64,000 nt of DNA from Steroidobacteraceae bacterium. GTDB taxonomy: Bacteria; Pseudomonadota; Gammaproteobacteria; Steroidobacterales; Steroidobacteraceae. This document shows, one piece after another, positions 47,403 through 57,059 of the stretch (within the stretch, counting starts at the first letter, position 1; each line of letters starts with the position of its first letter). Location: contig DASYDM010000004.1 of assembly GCA_036499585.1 (NCBI GenBank), forward strand, positions 264,361 through 328,360, in the 5' to 3' direction. The notes beneath the pieces were generated by a model. The model saw only the letters and a program-made list of their open reading frames with translations, was not told the DNA's origin and did not search any database. Position numbers and translations under genes: made by a program.

Positions 47403-48476
47403 TTAAGCAGAAGCGCCCCGCGCCGCTCCGGCCGGGCGGCGGCCGAGCTCCTCATGGGTCCAGCCCTGACAGTGCTGGGCGATCAGGTCGGCCAGGAAGC
47501 GGGCATGTTCGGGCCGGGCGTTCAGTGCCGGCACGTACTGGAATTGCTGCCCGCCGGCGCGCAGGAACAGATCCCGGTTCTCGATCGCGATTTCTTCGAC
47601 CGTCTCGAGGCAGTCGACCGAGAATCCAGGGCAAACCACCGTGACTTCCCCAATGCCGCGACCGGGCATCTCGCTCAATACCGTGCTCGTATAGGGCTTC
47701 AGCCAGCCCGACGGTCCGAAGCGCGACTGGAAGCTCACGCTCCACTCGTCATCGCGCAGCATCAACTCGTCGGCGAGTAGCCGCGCCGTCTTCTGACACT
47801 TGCAGAAGTACGGGTCGCCCTGGTGGAAATACCTCTCCGGTATTCCGTGGAACGAAATCAACAGCTGCTTCGTCCGGCCGTGCGCTTCCCAATGTTGGGT
47901 GACGCTGGCCCGCAGCGCATCGATGTAGCCTGGGTTGTCGTGATACTCGGCGATGAACCGCAGTTCCGGGAGCCAGCGCCAATGGCGTAACTCGTCGTTG
48001 ACCTGGTCGTACACCGCACCGGTCGTCGAGCCGCAGTATTGCGGGAACATCGGCACCGTAAGAATTCTCTGCGCGCCCGCGGAACGCAGCCGACTCAGTG
48101 CGGCAGGGACGGTGGGGTCGCCATAGAGCATGCCGATTTCGACCGTGAACGGCGCCAACATGCGTTGCGCGAGGGTCGTGAGGAGCTCCGCTCGCAGGCG
48201 CTCCGAGTAATCCAACAGAGGCGAACCGTGCTCCGACCAGATCTTGCGGTACTTCGGTGCGATGCGATATGGCCGAAACGGCAGGATCACCCCGTACAGC
48301 AGCGGCAGCCACAGGGCACGGGGCAGCTCCACGACACGCGGGTCTCCGAGCAGCCCGGCCAGAAACTTTCTGACGTCGCGGGGCGCTGGCGATTTCGGCG
48401 TGCCGGAATTGACCAGCAGCACGCCGATCCGCTCGGCCGTATCGTGGTGGAAGTCAGGGGAGCTGACGTAGCGCAT
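47403..48476 (-). CDS. hemH: Ferrochelatase
   Basis: Start at MRYVSSPDFHH (ATG 48476). GVLLVNSGTP, MFPQYCGSTTG, ISFHGIPERY, PGFSVDCLETVEEI. Confidence 0.9.
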   Translation of the reverse strand: MRYVSSPDFHHDTAERIGVLLVNSGTPKSPAPRDVRKFLAGLLGDPRVVELPRALWLPLLYGVILPFRPYRIAPKYRKIWSEHGSPLLDYSERLRAELLTTLAQRMLAPFTVEIGMLYGDPTVPAALSRLRSAGAQRILTVPMFPQYCGSTTGAVYDQVNDELRHWRWLPELRFIAEYHDNPGYIDALRASVTQHWEAHGRTKQLLISFHGIPERYFHQGDPYFCKCQKTARLLADELMLRDDEWSVSFQSRFGPSGWLKPYTSTVLSEMPGRGIGEVTVVCPGFSVDCLETVEEIAIENRDLFLRAGGQQFQYVPALNARPEHARFLADLIAQHCQGWTHEELGRRPAGAARGASA

Positions 48477-48528
48477 GGGGGCGGAAGATACCGCAGCGGG
48501 GGAGGCCGGGACTACCTGTTGCCTCGTA

Positions 48529-48624
48529 GGCGGCAAAAACCACGCCCTGAATCGACAATCGATGCAGGGCCGCCGGCAACGTAGCTGATGTCCGAAAAAA
48601 GCGCCGCAGGCGACTTTTTTCCAA
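48529..48624 (-). repeat. Dispersed stop-codon-adjacent intergenic element, copy B (longest)
   Basis: Read on the minus strand from the gabD TAG: CTCATTGGAAAAAAGTCGCCTGCGGCGCTTTTTTCGGACATCAGCTACGTTGCCGGCGG...GCGTGGTTTTTGCCGCC. It shares all blocks with copies A, C and D. Confidence 0.75.
48595..48620 (-). terminator. Bidirectional intrinsic-terminator-like hairpin inside element B
   Basis: AAAAAAGTCGCC-TGC-GGCGCTTTTTT on the minus strand, 8 nt after the gabD stop. A GC stem (one bulge) is flanked by A6 and T6 runs. Confidence 0.6.
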
Positions 48625-48628
48625 TGAG

Positions 48629-50080
48629 CTAGATCCCCGTGCACACATATTTCAGCTCGGTGTAATCCAGAATGCCGTGCCGCGACCCCTCCCGGCCCAC
48701 GCCCGATTCCTTGATACCGCCGAACGGGGCGACTTCGGTGGAGATCAGGCCGGTATTGAGGCCCACAATGCCGTATTGAAGGGCCTCCGCGACCCGCCAG
48801 GAACGACTCAGATCGCGTGTGTAGAAGTACGCCGCCAGCCCGAATTCGGTGTCATTGGCCATGCGGATGGCCTCTGCCTCCGTCTCGAAGCGGAACAGCG
48901 GAGCGACCGGACCGAAGGTCTCCTCCCGGGCCATCAGCATCTGAGGTGTAGCGTTCGTGATGACCGTCGGCTCGTAAAAGGTGCCCCCGAGCGCGTGCCG
49001 CTTGCCGCCGGCGGCGATCTTGGCGCCTTTCGACAGGGCGTCCGCAATGTGCTCCTCGACCTTGGCCAGGGCCTTGGCATCGATCAACGGGCCCTGTTCC
49101 GTGGCGCCCTTCAGCCCGTCGCCCACGCGCAGGGCAGAAACCGCGGCGACGAGCTTCGCCGTGAACGCGTCGTAAACCGGTGCCTGAACCAACAGGCGAT
49201 TTGCACATACGCACGTCTGGCCGGTGTTGCGGTACTTACTGGCGATCGCGCCGGCAACCGCGGCGTCGAGGTCCGCGTCTTCGAACACGATGAACGGCGC
49301 GTTGCCACCGAGCTCCAACGAGATCTTCTTCATCGTCGCGGCGCTCTGCACCATCAACTTCTTGCCCACTTCCGTCGAGCCCGTGAAGGTGATCTTGCGC
49401 ACCGTCGGGTTGGAAGTCAGCTCGCCACCGATCGCGGCCGAATTCCTGCCCGTGATGAAATTCAACACTCCGGGCGGAATCCCGGCACGCGCACCCAACT
49501 CTGCCATCGCGAGCGCCGAGAACGGAGTCTGGGTGGCGGGCTTGCACACGAACGTACAGCCGGCTGCCAGCGCGGGCGCGGCTTTGCGGGTGATCATCGC
49601 CGCCGGAAAGTTCCAGGGCGTGATGGCGCCCACGACGCCAACCGGTTGGCGCAGCACCAGCAGGCGCTTGTCCGCCTGATGCGGCGGGATGATCTCGCCG
49701 TAGAGCCGCTTGCCTTCTTCGGCAAACCATTCGATGAAGGCCGCCGCGTAGCCGATTTCACCCCGGGATTCGCTCAGCGGCTTGCCCTGCTCGGCCGTCA
49801 TCAGGGTCGCGAGGTCCTCGCGATTCTCGAGCATGAGATTGAACCAGCGGCGCAGGATGATGCTGCGGTCCTGGGCCGTCCTCGCAGCCCATGCCGGAAA
49901 TGCCGCCGCCGCCGCCTCGATGGCGCGGCGCGTCTCGGCAGCGGACATGTTGGGAACAGTGCCCAGCGTCTCGCCGGTCGCCGGGTTCAGCACCGGCACG
50001 GTGCCGCCCTCGTCCGCGCCCGTCCACTGGCCGTTGATGAATGCCTGCGTGCGCAGGAGGTTGGAGTCTTTTAGCTTCAT
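48629..50080 (-). CDS. gabD: Succinate-semialdehyde dehydrogenase (NAD(P)+), aldehyde dehydrogenase family
   Basis: 483 aa. MKLKDSNLLRTQAFINGQW, ITPWNFP, catalytic LELGGNAP and GQTCVCANR. Confidence 0.85.
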   Translation of the reverse strand: MKLKDSNLLRTQAFINGQWTGADEGGTVPVLNPATGETLGTVPNMSAAETRRAIEAAAAAFPAWAARTAQDRSIILRRWFNLMLENREDLATLMTAEQGKPLSESRGEIGYAAAFIEWFAEEGKRLYGEIIPPHQADKRLLVLRQPVGVVGAITPWNFPAAMITRKAAPALAAGCTFVCKPATQTPFSALAMAELGARAGIPPGVLNFITGRNSAAIGGELTSNPTVRKITFTGSTEVGKKLMVQSAATMKKISLELGGNAPFIVFEDADLDAAVAGAIASKYRNTGQTCVCANRLLVQAPVYDAFTAKLVAAVSALRVGDGLKGATEQGPLIDAKALAKVEEHIADALSKGAKIAAGGKRHALGGTFYEPTVITNATPQMLMAREETFGPVAPLFRFETEAEAIRMANDTEFGLAAYFYTRDLSRSWRVAEALQYGIVGLNTGLISTEVAPFGGIKESGVGREGSRHGILDYTELKYVCTGI

Positions 50081-50098
50081 TTTGGGGTGCCTGAGCTT

Positions 50099-50791
50099 TC
50101 AGGTTTTCTTGCCAATGAGCCGAGCCGCGAGGAACTCGAGTGTGCGGGTGCGGGCGAGGCTCGCCGCGGGCGCGTTGAAACTGGGTCGCTGGTCGCAATT
50201 GAAGCCGTGGTCCGCTTCATAGAGGTGGAACTGCCCTTGCGGGTGAGCCGCTTTGATCTTGTCCACGTCCGTCAGGGGAATGCCCTTGTCCTGCGTGCCG
50301 TAGTGATACAACACCGGGCACTTCGGTTGCTTGTCCGCAAATCGCACTGCATTGCCGTAGTACACGACCGCCCCCGCCAGCGGCAGTTCGCACGCGGCCA
50401 GGTAAGACATCGCGCCGCCCCAACAGAAGCCGACGGTGGCGGCGCGGCCGGAGTTCTTGACCACGGCGAGCGCTGCAGCGAGGTCCCTGAGCGTCTCCTC
50501 GACCTTCAACTGCTGCATGTAGCCACGGCCCTCTTGAATTTCAGGGGGCGAGTAGCCAATTTCAATCCCACGGCGGATGCGGTCGAAGAAGGCCGGAGCG
50601 ATTGCCGTGTACCCTTGCGCGGCATAGCTGTCCGTCACCGAGCGGATGTGGCTGTTGACGCCGAAGATTTCCTGCAGCACGACGACGGCTCCGTGGGGCT
50701 TGCCGGCGGGCGCGGCGAGGTAGGCCTGAAACTCGTGGCCGTCTCGAGCCATGATGGTGGTGAATTCGCCCATGGTGATTCCGTTGCGCAA
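50099..50791 (-). CDS. Dienelactone hydrolase family protein
   Basis: 230 aa. VVLQEIFGVN, nucleophile region GFCWGG, C-terminal HGF. Confidence 0.8.
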   Translation of the reverse strand: MRNGITMGEFTTIMARDGHEFQAYLAAPAGKPHGAVVVLQEIFGVNSHIRSVTDSYAAQGYTAIAPAFFDRIRRGIEIGYSPPEIQEGRGYMQQLKVEETLRDLAAALAVVKNSGRAATVGFCWGGAMSYLAACELPLAGAVVYYGNAVRFADKQPKCPVLYHYGTQDKGIPLTDVDKIKAAHPQGQFHLYEADHGFNCDQRPSFNAPAASLARTRTLEFLAARLIGKKT

Positions 50792-50916
50792 GGAGGAATG
50801 GCGAGGATAGCCGATACACAGTCAGCCTCGTGCGTGGCTTCACGAGCTGTGGCGTGGCATTCTAATCCATTGGCACTGTTTGCCGGCCGCGGCAACGTAA
50901 CTACCGGAGGCGGGAC

Positions 50917-52203
50917 ATGCTCGTCGGCTCAGCAGTCAGGCGCGTCGCCATCGTCGGCGGCGTTCGTATTCCTTTCGCACGTGCGCACACCGCGTACGCC
51001 AAGTTGAGCAATCAGGACATGCTCACCGCGGCCTTCCGCGGAATTGTCGAACGCTTCAAGCTGCAGGGCGAGCGGCTCGGCGACGTAGCGGCAGGCGCCG
51101 TCATCAAGCACTCGAAGGACTTCAGCCTGACGCGCGAGTGTGTTCTGTCGTCAGGACTGGATCCGCAGACACCGGCAGTGGATCTGCAGCGCGCCTGCGG
51201 TACGAGCCTGGAGGCGGCGATCGAGATCGCCAACAAGATCGCCCTCGGGCAGATCGATGCCGGCTTGGCGGGTGGAACCGACTCCATCAGCGATGCCCCC
51301 ATCGTTTATCCCCGCTCTTACCAACAGATCCTCCTCGAGAGCTTCCGGGGACGTTCCGTCTGGCAGCGAACCGCGCCGTTGCTGCGGATTCGTCCGCGGC
51401 ACTTCAAACCCGTCCTGCCGGCAGTCGTCGAGCCGCGCACCGGCTTGTCGATGGGCCAGAGCACCGAGCTCATGGCGAAGCGCTGGAATATCGCCCGGGA
51501 AGACCAGGACCAGCTTGCGTACCAGAGCCATCTGCATGCCGCGGCTGCCTGGAGTGAAGGCTTTTACGACGACCTCGTCGTGAAGACCTTGGGGCTCGAG
51601 CGGGACAACAACCTCCGCCCCGACACGACCGTGGAGAAGCTCGCCAAGCTGCGCCCGAGTTTCGACCCGAAAGGGGGCACCATCACGGCCGGCAATGCGA
51701 CGCCTCTGACCGACGGCGCCAGCGCCGCCCTGCTGTGCAGCGAGGAGTGGGCCGCCAAGCGAAATCTTCCCGTGCTGGCTTATCTTCGATTCGGCAAGGC
51801 CTGGGCGGTCGATTTCGCCTCCGGCAAAGAGGGGCTCCTCATGGCTCCGGCCTACGCGATTCCCGCCATGCTCAAGGACGCGGGACTGAAGCTTCAGGAC
51901 TTCGACTACTACGAAATCCACGAGGCCTTCGCGGCGCAGGTGTTGTGCACGCTCAAGGCCTGGGAGTCGCCGGAGTACTGTCGTGACGTGCTCGGTTTGT
52001 CCGAGCCGCTGGGGAGCATCGATCGGTCACGTCTGAACGTGAAGGGCGGGAGTATTGCGATCGGGCATCCGTTCGCTGCGACCGGCACGCGGATCGTGGC
52101 CTCGCTGGCGAAGATCCTCGCGAGTGACCGACAAGCCAAGCGCGGCCTGATCTCGGTTTGCGCCGCAGGGGGACAAGGCGTCACCGCTATCCTAGAACGC
52201 TGA
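50917..52203 (+). CDS. Acetyl-CoA C-acyltransferase (thiolase)
   Basis: 428 aa. RVAIVGGVRIPFARA, active-site Cys region QRACGTSLEA, C-terminal NVKGGSIAIGHPFAATG and CAAGGQG. Confidence 0.87.
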   Translation: MLVGSAVRRVAIVGGVRIPFARAHTAYAKLSNQDMLTAAFRGIVERFKLQGERLGDVAAGAVIKHSKDFSLTRECVLSSGLDPQTPAVDLQRACGTSLEAAIEIANKIALGQIDAGLAGGTDSISDAPIVYPRSYQQILLESFRGRSVWQRTAPLLRIRPRHFKPVLPAVVEPRTGLSMGQSTELMAKRWNIAREDQDQLAYQSHLHAAAAWSEGFYDDLVVKTLGLERDNNLRPDTTVEKLAKLRPSFDPKGGTITAGNATPLTDGASAALLCSEEWAAKRNLPVLAYLRFGKAWAVDFASGKEGLLMAPAYAIPAMLKDAGLKLQDFDYYEIHEAFAAQVLCTLKAWESPEYCRDVLGLSEPLGSIDRSRLNVKGGSIAIGHPFAATGTRIVASLAKILASDRQAKRGLISVCAAGGQGVTAILER

Positions 52204-52283
52204 GGGCTGCGGTCGAGCGGATCGGCCGGACCCTCACCAGGGGGCAACGAGTGGAGGGCGATCTCCCCGAGGAAACCGTTCTC

Positions 52284-54065
52284 ATGCGCGCCGACCTCGG
52301 CGTCGTGCTCAACGGTTTGCCCCTGTTCCAGGGACTCGATCCCGTGGTCCTGCGCCAGATCGCTGCCGCAGCCGAGTGGTTGTCGCTGCCAGGTGGATCG
52401 ACGCTGTTCCGCGCCGGCGAGCGGCCGGACGCCTTCTATGTCGTTCTGAGCGGCTGCCTGGGCGTGTTCCGGCCCGACCGGAATACCCCGGAGCAAAATA
52501 CCAAATACCAACCGATCAGCCGGGTCCCCGCCGGTGGAACCGTGGGCGAGATGGGCATCATCTCCGGCAGGCCACGCACGGCGCACGTCGTTGCGTTACG
52601 GGATACGGAACTCGCGCGGCTATCGCGGGAGTCGTTCGATCGGGTATTTGGCCAACACCCGGAAGCGATGTTGCGTATCGCGCGTTTGACCGTCGATCGG
52701 CTCGAGTCTGCGCAGGCTCGCGCGCCGACGCCTTTGGCGAGCGCGCGCACCTTCACCCTGATTCCGCAGAGCGTGGAAGTGGACGTGGGCGGTTTCGCCA
52801 CCGAATTCGTCAAGGCCCTCTCTCTCTGCGGACGAACCGAGCTCGTCTGGAGCGTGCGTGCGGCGACCCATACCAGTCACTGGTTTCATCGCATCGAATC
52901 CGCCAACGACTACGTCGTCTACGTCGCGGAGCCCAAGTCGGGAGGTTGGAGCAATCTGTGCGTGCGTCAGGCGGACGCATTGCTTCTCCTTGCTCGCGCT
53001 GACGGTGAGGTCGGGCAATGGGTCGCCCTCTCAGGGCCGCGCGAATCGAGTATGGCGCCCCAACGTGCCGAACTCATCCTGCTGCACGACAATGATTTCG
53101 CCAAAGGCGCCGCTGCAAAGTGGACCGCAGGAAATCCCGGCATTCCGCACCATCACGTCACGGACGCCTCCGACATTCAACGCATTGCGCGGATGTTGAC
53201 TGGCCGGGGCATCGGGCTGGTCATGTCCGGTGGAGGGGCGCGCGGATTTGCGCACATCGGCATCGTAAAGGCACTGCGCGAGGCGGGTATCCCCATCGAC
53301 CTGCTCGGTGGCACCAGCATGGGCGCCATCCTGGGCGCGGGAGTCGCTCAACGCTGGAGCATTCAGGAGCTGACCGAACGATTCCGCGCGGCGTTCGTGG
53401 ACGTCAATCCGCTCCGTGATTACACCTTGCCGTTCGTTTCTCTGGTCTCCGGCCGCAAGGTGAGCCGGCTGCTGCGCAACGCTTTCGGCGAAGTCACGAT
53501 CGAAGACCTGCCGCTGGAATTCTTCTGCGTGTCGTCCAATCTGACGACCGGCCACTCGGAGGTGCACCGGCGCGGCCTGCTGTGGCGGTGGCTACGGGCT
53601 TCTGTCGCGATTCCCGGCGTCCTTCCTCCGGTGATGCACAAGGGCGAGGTGCTGGTGGACGGCGGCACGATGAACAACCTGCCAGTGGACGCGATGCTCG
53701 AGCTCGGTCGCGGGCCGGTCATTGGCTGCGATGTGGGCGCCGACCGGGCGTTCACCGGACGCACCGAGGAGATCGATGTGCCGCTTCCGTGGCAGCTGAT
53801 GAGCTGGCTGCGCTCCCGACGCAATCTGCCGAACATATTTCAGATCCTGTGGCGCTCAGGGATGGTCAACAGCAATGCCATGACTGCCGCGCATCGCGAG
53901 AAGACCGACCTTCTCCTGCAGCCGCCCCTGGCGCAGATCGACATGCTCAACTGGCAGGCCTTCGAGAAGGCGATCGAAGTCGGCTACGAGTACGCGGCGC
54001 GACGTCTCGAATCGCTGCCTGCGGACTCCGCCGTCTGGCGCAGTGCAGGGTCCGTACAGCTATGA
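52284..54065 (+). CDS. Cyclic-nucleotide-binding domain / patatin-like phospholipase
   Basis: Start at MRADLGVVLNGLPLFQGLD. cNMP-binding signature (GGTVGEMGIISGRPRTAHVVA). Patatin motifs GGGARGFAHIG, GTSMGA and DGG. Confidence 0.8.
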   Translation: MRADLGVVLNGLPLFQGLDPVVLRQIAAAAEWLSLPGGSTLFRAGERPDAFYVVLSGCLGVFRPDRNTPEQNTKYQPISRVPAGGTVGEMGIISGRPRTAHVVALRDTELARLSRESFDRVFGQHPEAMLRIARLTVDRLESAQARAPTPLASARTFTLIPQSVEVDVGGFATEFVKALSLCGRTELVWSVRAATHTSHWFHRIESANDYVVYVAEPKSGGWSNLCVRQADALLLLARADGEVGQWVALSGPRESSMAPQRAELILLHDNDFAKGAAAKWTAGNPGIPHHHVTDASDIQRIARMLTGRGIGLVMSGGGARGFAHIGIVKALREAGIPIDLLGGTSMGAILGAGVAQRWSIQELTERFRAAFVDVNPLRDYTLPFVSLVSGRKVSRLLRNAFGEVTIEDLPLEFFCVSSNLTTGHSEVHRRGLLWRWLRASVAIPGVLPPVMHKGEVLVDGGTMNNLPVDAMLELGRGPVIGCDVGADRAFTGRTEEIDVPLPWQLMSWLRSRRNLPNIFQILWRSGMVNSNAMTAAHREKTDLLLQPPLAQIDMLNWQAFEKAIEVGYEYAARRLESLPADSAVWRSAGSVQL

Positions 54066-55654
54066 TGCGCGTCATGGCTACAACAGGTATCGATCGAGTC
54101 TTCGAGCGCCGTCTGGCTGCTCTGATCAACAGCGGGCAGCCGCAGATCCTGCAGGGGGGGCGCAAGGGCGTCGAGAAGGAATCGTTGCGCATGACGCCCG
54201 CCGGGCGCCTTGCCACGACCTCTCATCCGCAGGCATTGGGCTCCGCGCTCACTAACGAAAACATCACGACCGACTACTCCGAATCGCTGATCGAGCTGGT
54301 GACTCCCGCCTTCACCACTACGTGGGAGCTGGTGCAGTACCTGCTCGACCTGCACCAATTCGTGTATCGCCACCTCGGGGACGAGATTCTGTGGGCGACC
54401 AGCATGCCGTCGGCGATCGAGAAGGATGCCGACATCCCCCTCGCGCAGTACGGCTCCTCGCACATCGGGCGCATGAAGACGATCTATCGCAACGGCCTGG
54501 GACTGCGGTACGGCCGGATGATGCAGGCGATCTCCGGGGTGCATTTCAATTACTCGTTTCCGTTGCCGTTCTGGGAAAGTTACGCCGCCATCCGGCAGTC
54601 ACGCGAGCAGGGCAGCTCGTTCGTCTCCGCGAGCTACTTCGATCTGCTGCGCAACTATCGCCGCCATGGGTGGCTCGTGTTGTATCTGTTCGGTGTGTCG
54701 CCCGTCGTGTGCAAATCCTTCCTCAAGGGAAGGGACTTCGAGCTCGCCGACTTCACGGCCAATACGGCCTTCGAGCCGTACGCAACCAGCCTGCGCATGA
54801 GCGATGTCGGCTACCGGAATCGCAATCAGGCCGGTTTGTCCGTGTCCGTCAACAGTCTCGATGCGTACGTACGTGACCTGACACATGCGATCAGCACGCC
54901 GCATCCGCCGTATGAAGCTCTGGGCGTGAAGGTGGACGGGGAGTACCAGCAACTCAACGCCAACATCCTGCAGATCGAGAACGAGTACTACAGTTTCATC
55001 CGGCCAAAGCGCGTGGCTCGCTCCGGTGAGCGTCCGACCAAGGCCCTGCAACGGGCCGGCGTCGAGTACGTCGAAGTTCGGGCGCTCGATGTCAGCGCTT
55101 TCGATCCGGTAGGCGTGAACCAGAACAAGCTGCGTTTTCTGGAAGCGTTCGTCGCGCTTTGTCTGTTGAAGGAAAGTGCGCCGATCGGCGACTCCGAGCA
55201 GTCGTTGCTGGACCAGAATCATGTGACCGTCGCGCGCCGGGGGCGCGAGCCGGGGCTGACGCTTTGGCGGGATGGGAGCTCTGTTCCGATGCGCGACTGG
55301 GCTCGCGAACTGCTCGATTCGATGAGCGGAATATGTGAAATCCTGGATCGCGGGGATCCTGCGCGTCCCTACTCGCAGGCGCTGGCGACCCAGGCCGCGA
55401 AGATCGAGGACGTCTCGCTGACCCCCTCTGCGCGGCTGATGACCGAGCTGACCACTACCGGTGAGTCGTTCTTCGATCTCGCCTTGCGGATGTCGGCTAC
55501 CCACAAGGACTACTTCCTCGACCTCTATCCGCCCAACGATGCCCGGCTCAGGGAGTTCGGTGCGCAAGCGGAGGAGTCGCTGCGCCAGCAGCGGAACATC
55601 GAGCAACGGGATACCGGGACGTTCGAGGAATTCCTGGCGCGATATCTCGCATAG
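54062..55654 (+). CDS. gshA: Glutamate--cysteine ligase (proteobacterial type)
   Basis: ATGA overlap with the patatin stop. GVEKESLR, TTDYSESLIELVTP, YRNGLGLRYG, EYVEVRALD. The upstream 160 codons of the track ORF overlap the patatin gene in another frame. Confidence 0.9.
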   Translation: MMRVMATTGIDRVFERRLAALINSGQPQILQGGRKGVEKESLRMTPAGRLATTSHPQALGSALTNENITTDYSESLIELVTPAFTTTWELVQYLLDLHQFVYRHLGDEILWATSMPSAIEKDADIPLAQYGSSHIGRMKTIYRNGLGLRYGRMMQAISGVHFNYSFPLPFWESYAAIRQSREQGSSFVSASYFDLLRNYRRHGWLVLYLFGVSPVVCKSFLKGRDFELADFTANTAFEPYATSLRMSDVGYRNRNQAGLSVSVNSLDAYVRDLTHAISTPHPPYEALGVKVDGEYQQLNANILQIENEYYSFIRPKRVARSGERPTKALQRAGVEYVEVRALDVSAFDPVGVNQNKLRFLEAFVALCLLKESAPIGDSEQSLLDQNHVTVARRGREPGLTLWRDGSSVPMRDWARELLDSMSGICEILDRGDPARPYSQALATQAAKIEDVSLTPSARLMTELTTTGESFFDLALRMSATHKDYFLDLYPPNDARLREFGAQAEESLRQQRNIEQRDTGTFEEFLARYLA

Positions 55655-55730
55655 GCCCCAGGGCCGTTTTGCCGCCCACGCTGCGGTGACGTACACTCAG
55701 CGGCCCACGCAACACGAATAACTACAGGGA

Positions 55731-56963
55731 TTGCGCTTGGCCTCCTGGGACTCGCAGGGTTCTTCCGCGGTCGCTGCCGTCGATCGCCTCGGCTGGCTGC
55801 GCTTGCGCTTTCCGGGCGAACTCGAGTCTGAATTCCTGCTGTCCTACCGAGCCTCGGCGCGCCGCTGGGTGCGCATGAGTGTGCTCGTGGCGCTCTCGAC
55901 CGTCCTCGGGTTTGCGGTCATCGACCATTGGGTACTCGTGGGACCGCATCTGCCTCGCGCGGATATGGTGCGCTTCGGGCTGCAGCTTCCCTTGGTTCTG
56001 ATCATCCTGGTGCTGACCACCGAGCGGTTTTACGGCCGGTGGTATCAACCCTCGATCCAGGTGGCCGCTCCCCTGTTCGGGCTGGGCACCGTGGTCATGG
56101 CGACACAGGCCTCCCCCGAGCAACTACCCCTCGTGGCGGCCCGACTGCTGCTCGCCACGTTCTACTTCTATTCGATGCTGGGCCTGACGTTCCGGGCCGC
56201 GCTGCGAAGCAATCTCCTGGTGATGGGCGCTTACGGGGTTGCCGCACTCCTGGGTGCCGTGAGTCACAACGTCGCGATCTATCAGCTTTTCGTCCTCTTC
56301 TGCGCCAATCTGATCGGGGGCTCCGGGTGTTTTGCGCTCGAGCACGCCAACCGGGTTGCATTTCTCGAGCGCCGGCGGCTGTCGGAAGTCGCGATGCACG
56401 ACGGGCTGACGGGTCTGTTGAATCGGGCGGCTCTCGAGGATCAGGTGCGGCGCCTGTGGCAACACGCGGAACGCGACCGCCTGCCGGTATCCGTCGTGCT
56501 GATCGACATCGATCACTTCAAGGCTTACAACGATCGTTACGGTCATCAGGCCGGTGACCGGTGTCTGCGGGAAGTCGCTACGGCCGTCAAACGCGCCGCG
56601 CGGCGCAGGCCGCTGGATCTCGTTGCCCGCTATGGCGGTGAAGAGTTGATCGCCGTGCTCTTCGGTGGGGATCGTTCCCACGCCGAGTCCGTCGCTGCCG
56701 GCGTTCGGGAAGCGATTGCCGACCTGCGTATTGCTCATGCCGCCTCGCCGACTCGCCCCTACGTGACGGTCAGCGTAGGCGTCGCCAGTCTCGAGCCCGG
56801 AGAGGAGGAGTACTCGCACGATCTGGCGGTGCAACTGGCAGACAGGGCCCTCTACGTAGCCAAGGCGCTAGGGCGCGATACCTGGTCTTACTACCGACCC
56901 GAGGCCGAGGACGAGTTGCTGCAGACCGTAACCGGTACCTTTCATCGTCAATCCCCCCGCTGA
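55731..56963 (+). CDS. Membrane-anchored diguanylate cyclase (GGDEF domain)
   Basis: TTG start, ~6 TM segments, then a GGDEF domain (DGLTGLLNR, IDIDHFKAYND, RYGGEEL) with an RxxD I-site (RPLD) 5 residues upstream. Confidence 0.8.
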   Translation: MRLASWDSQGSSAVAAVDRLGWLRLRFPGELESEFLLSYRASARRWVRMSVLVALSTVLGFAVIDHWVLVGPHLPRADMVRFGLQLPLVLIILVLTTERFYGRWYQPSIQVAAPLFGLGTVVMATQASPEQLPLVAARLLLATFYFYSMLGLTFRAALRSNLLVMGAYGVAALLGAVSHNVAIYQLFVLFCANLIGGSGCFALEHANRVAFLERRRLSEVAMHDGLTGLLNRAALEDQVRRLWQHAERDRLPVSVVLIDIDHFKAYNDRYGHQAGDRCLREVATAVKRAARRRPLDLVARYGGEELIAVLFGGDRSHAESVAAGVREAIADLRIAHAASPTRPYVTVSVGVASLEPGEEEYSHDLAVQLADRALYVAKALGRDTWSYYRPEAEDELLQTVTGTFHRQSPR

Positions 56964-57059
56964 GGCATTGATTCTCCCCGCGCGGAGGGCGCCAAATGTA
57001 CCCTCCCATCCTCCTCGATGAGGTTGGGCACCTGCGACGGCAACTCGGTAATTCCAAGC

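Noticed and set aside
48677-50074. 465-aa plus-strand ORF
   Set aside because: It is exactly antisense to gabD and has Arg/Gly/Asp-rich shadow-frame composition with no motifs. It is a typical GC-driven mirror ORF.
53582-54061. 160-codon extension of the gshA ORF
   Set aside because: It overlaps the patatin gene out of frame and is Arg/Gly-rich. GshA homology begins at about MMRVMATTGIDRVFERRL.
54599-55696. 365-aa minus-strand ORF
   Set aside because: It is antisense to gshA, which has clear family motifs. The composition is that of a shadow frame.
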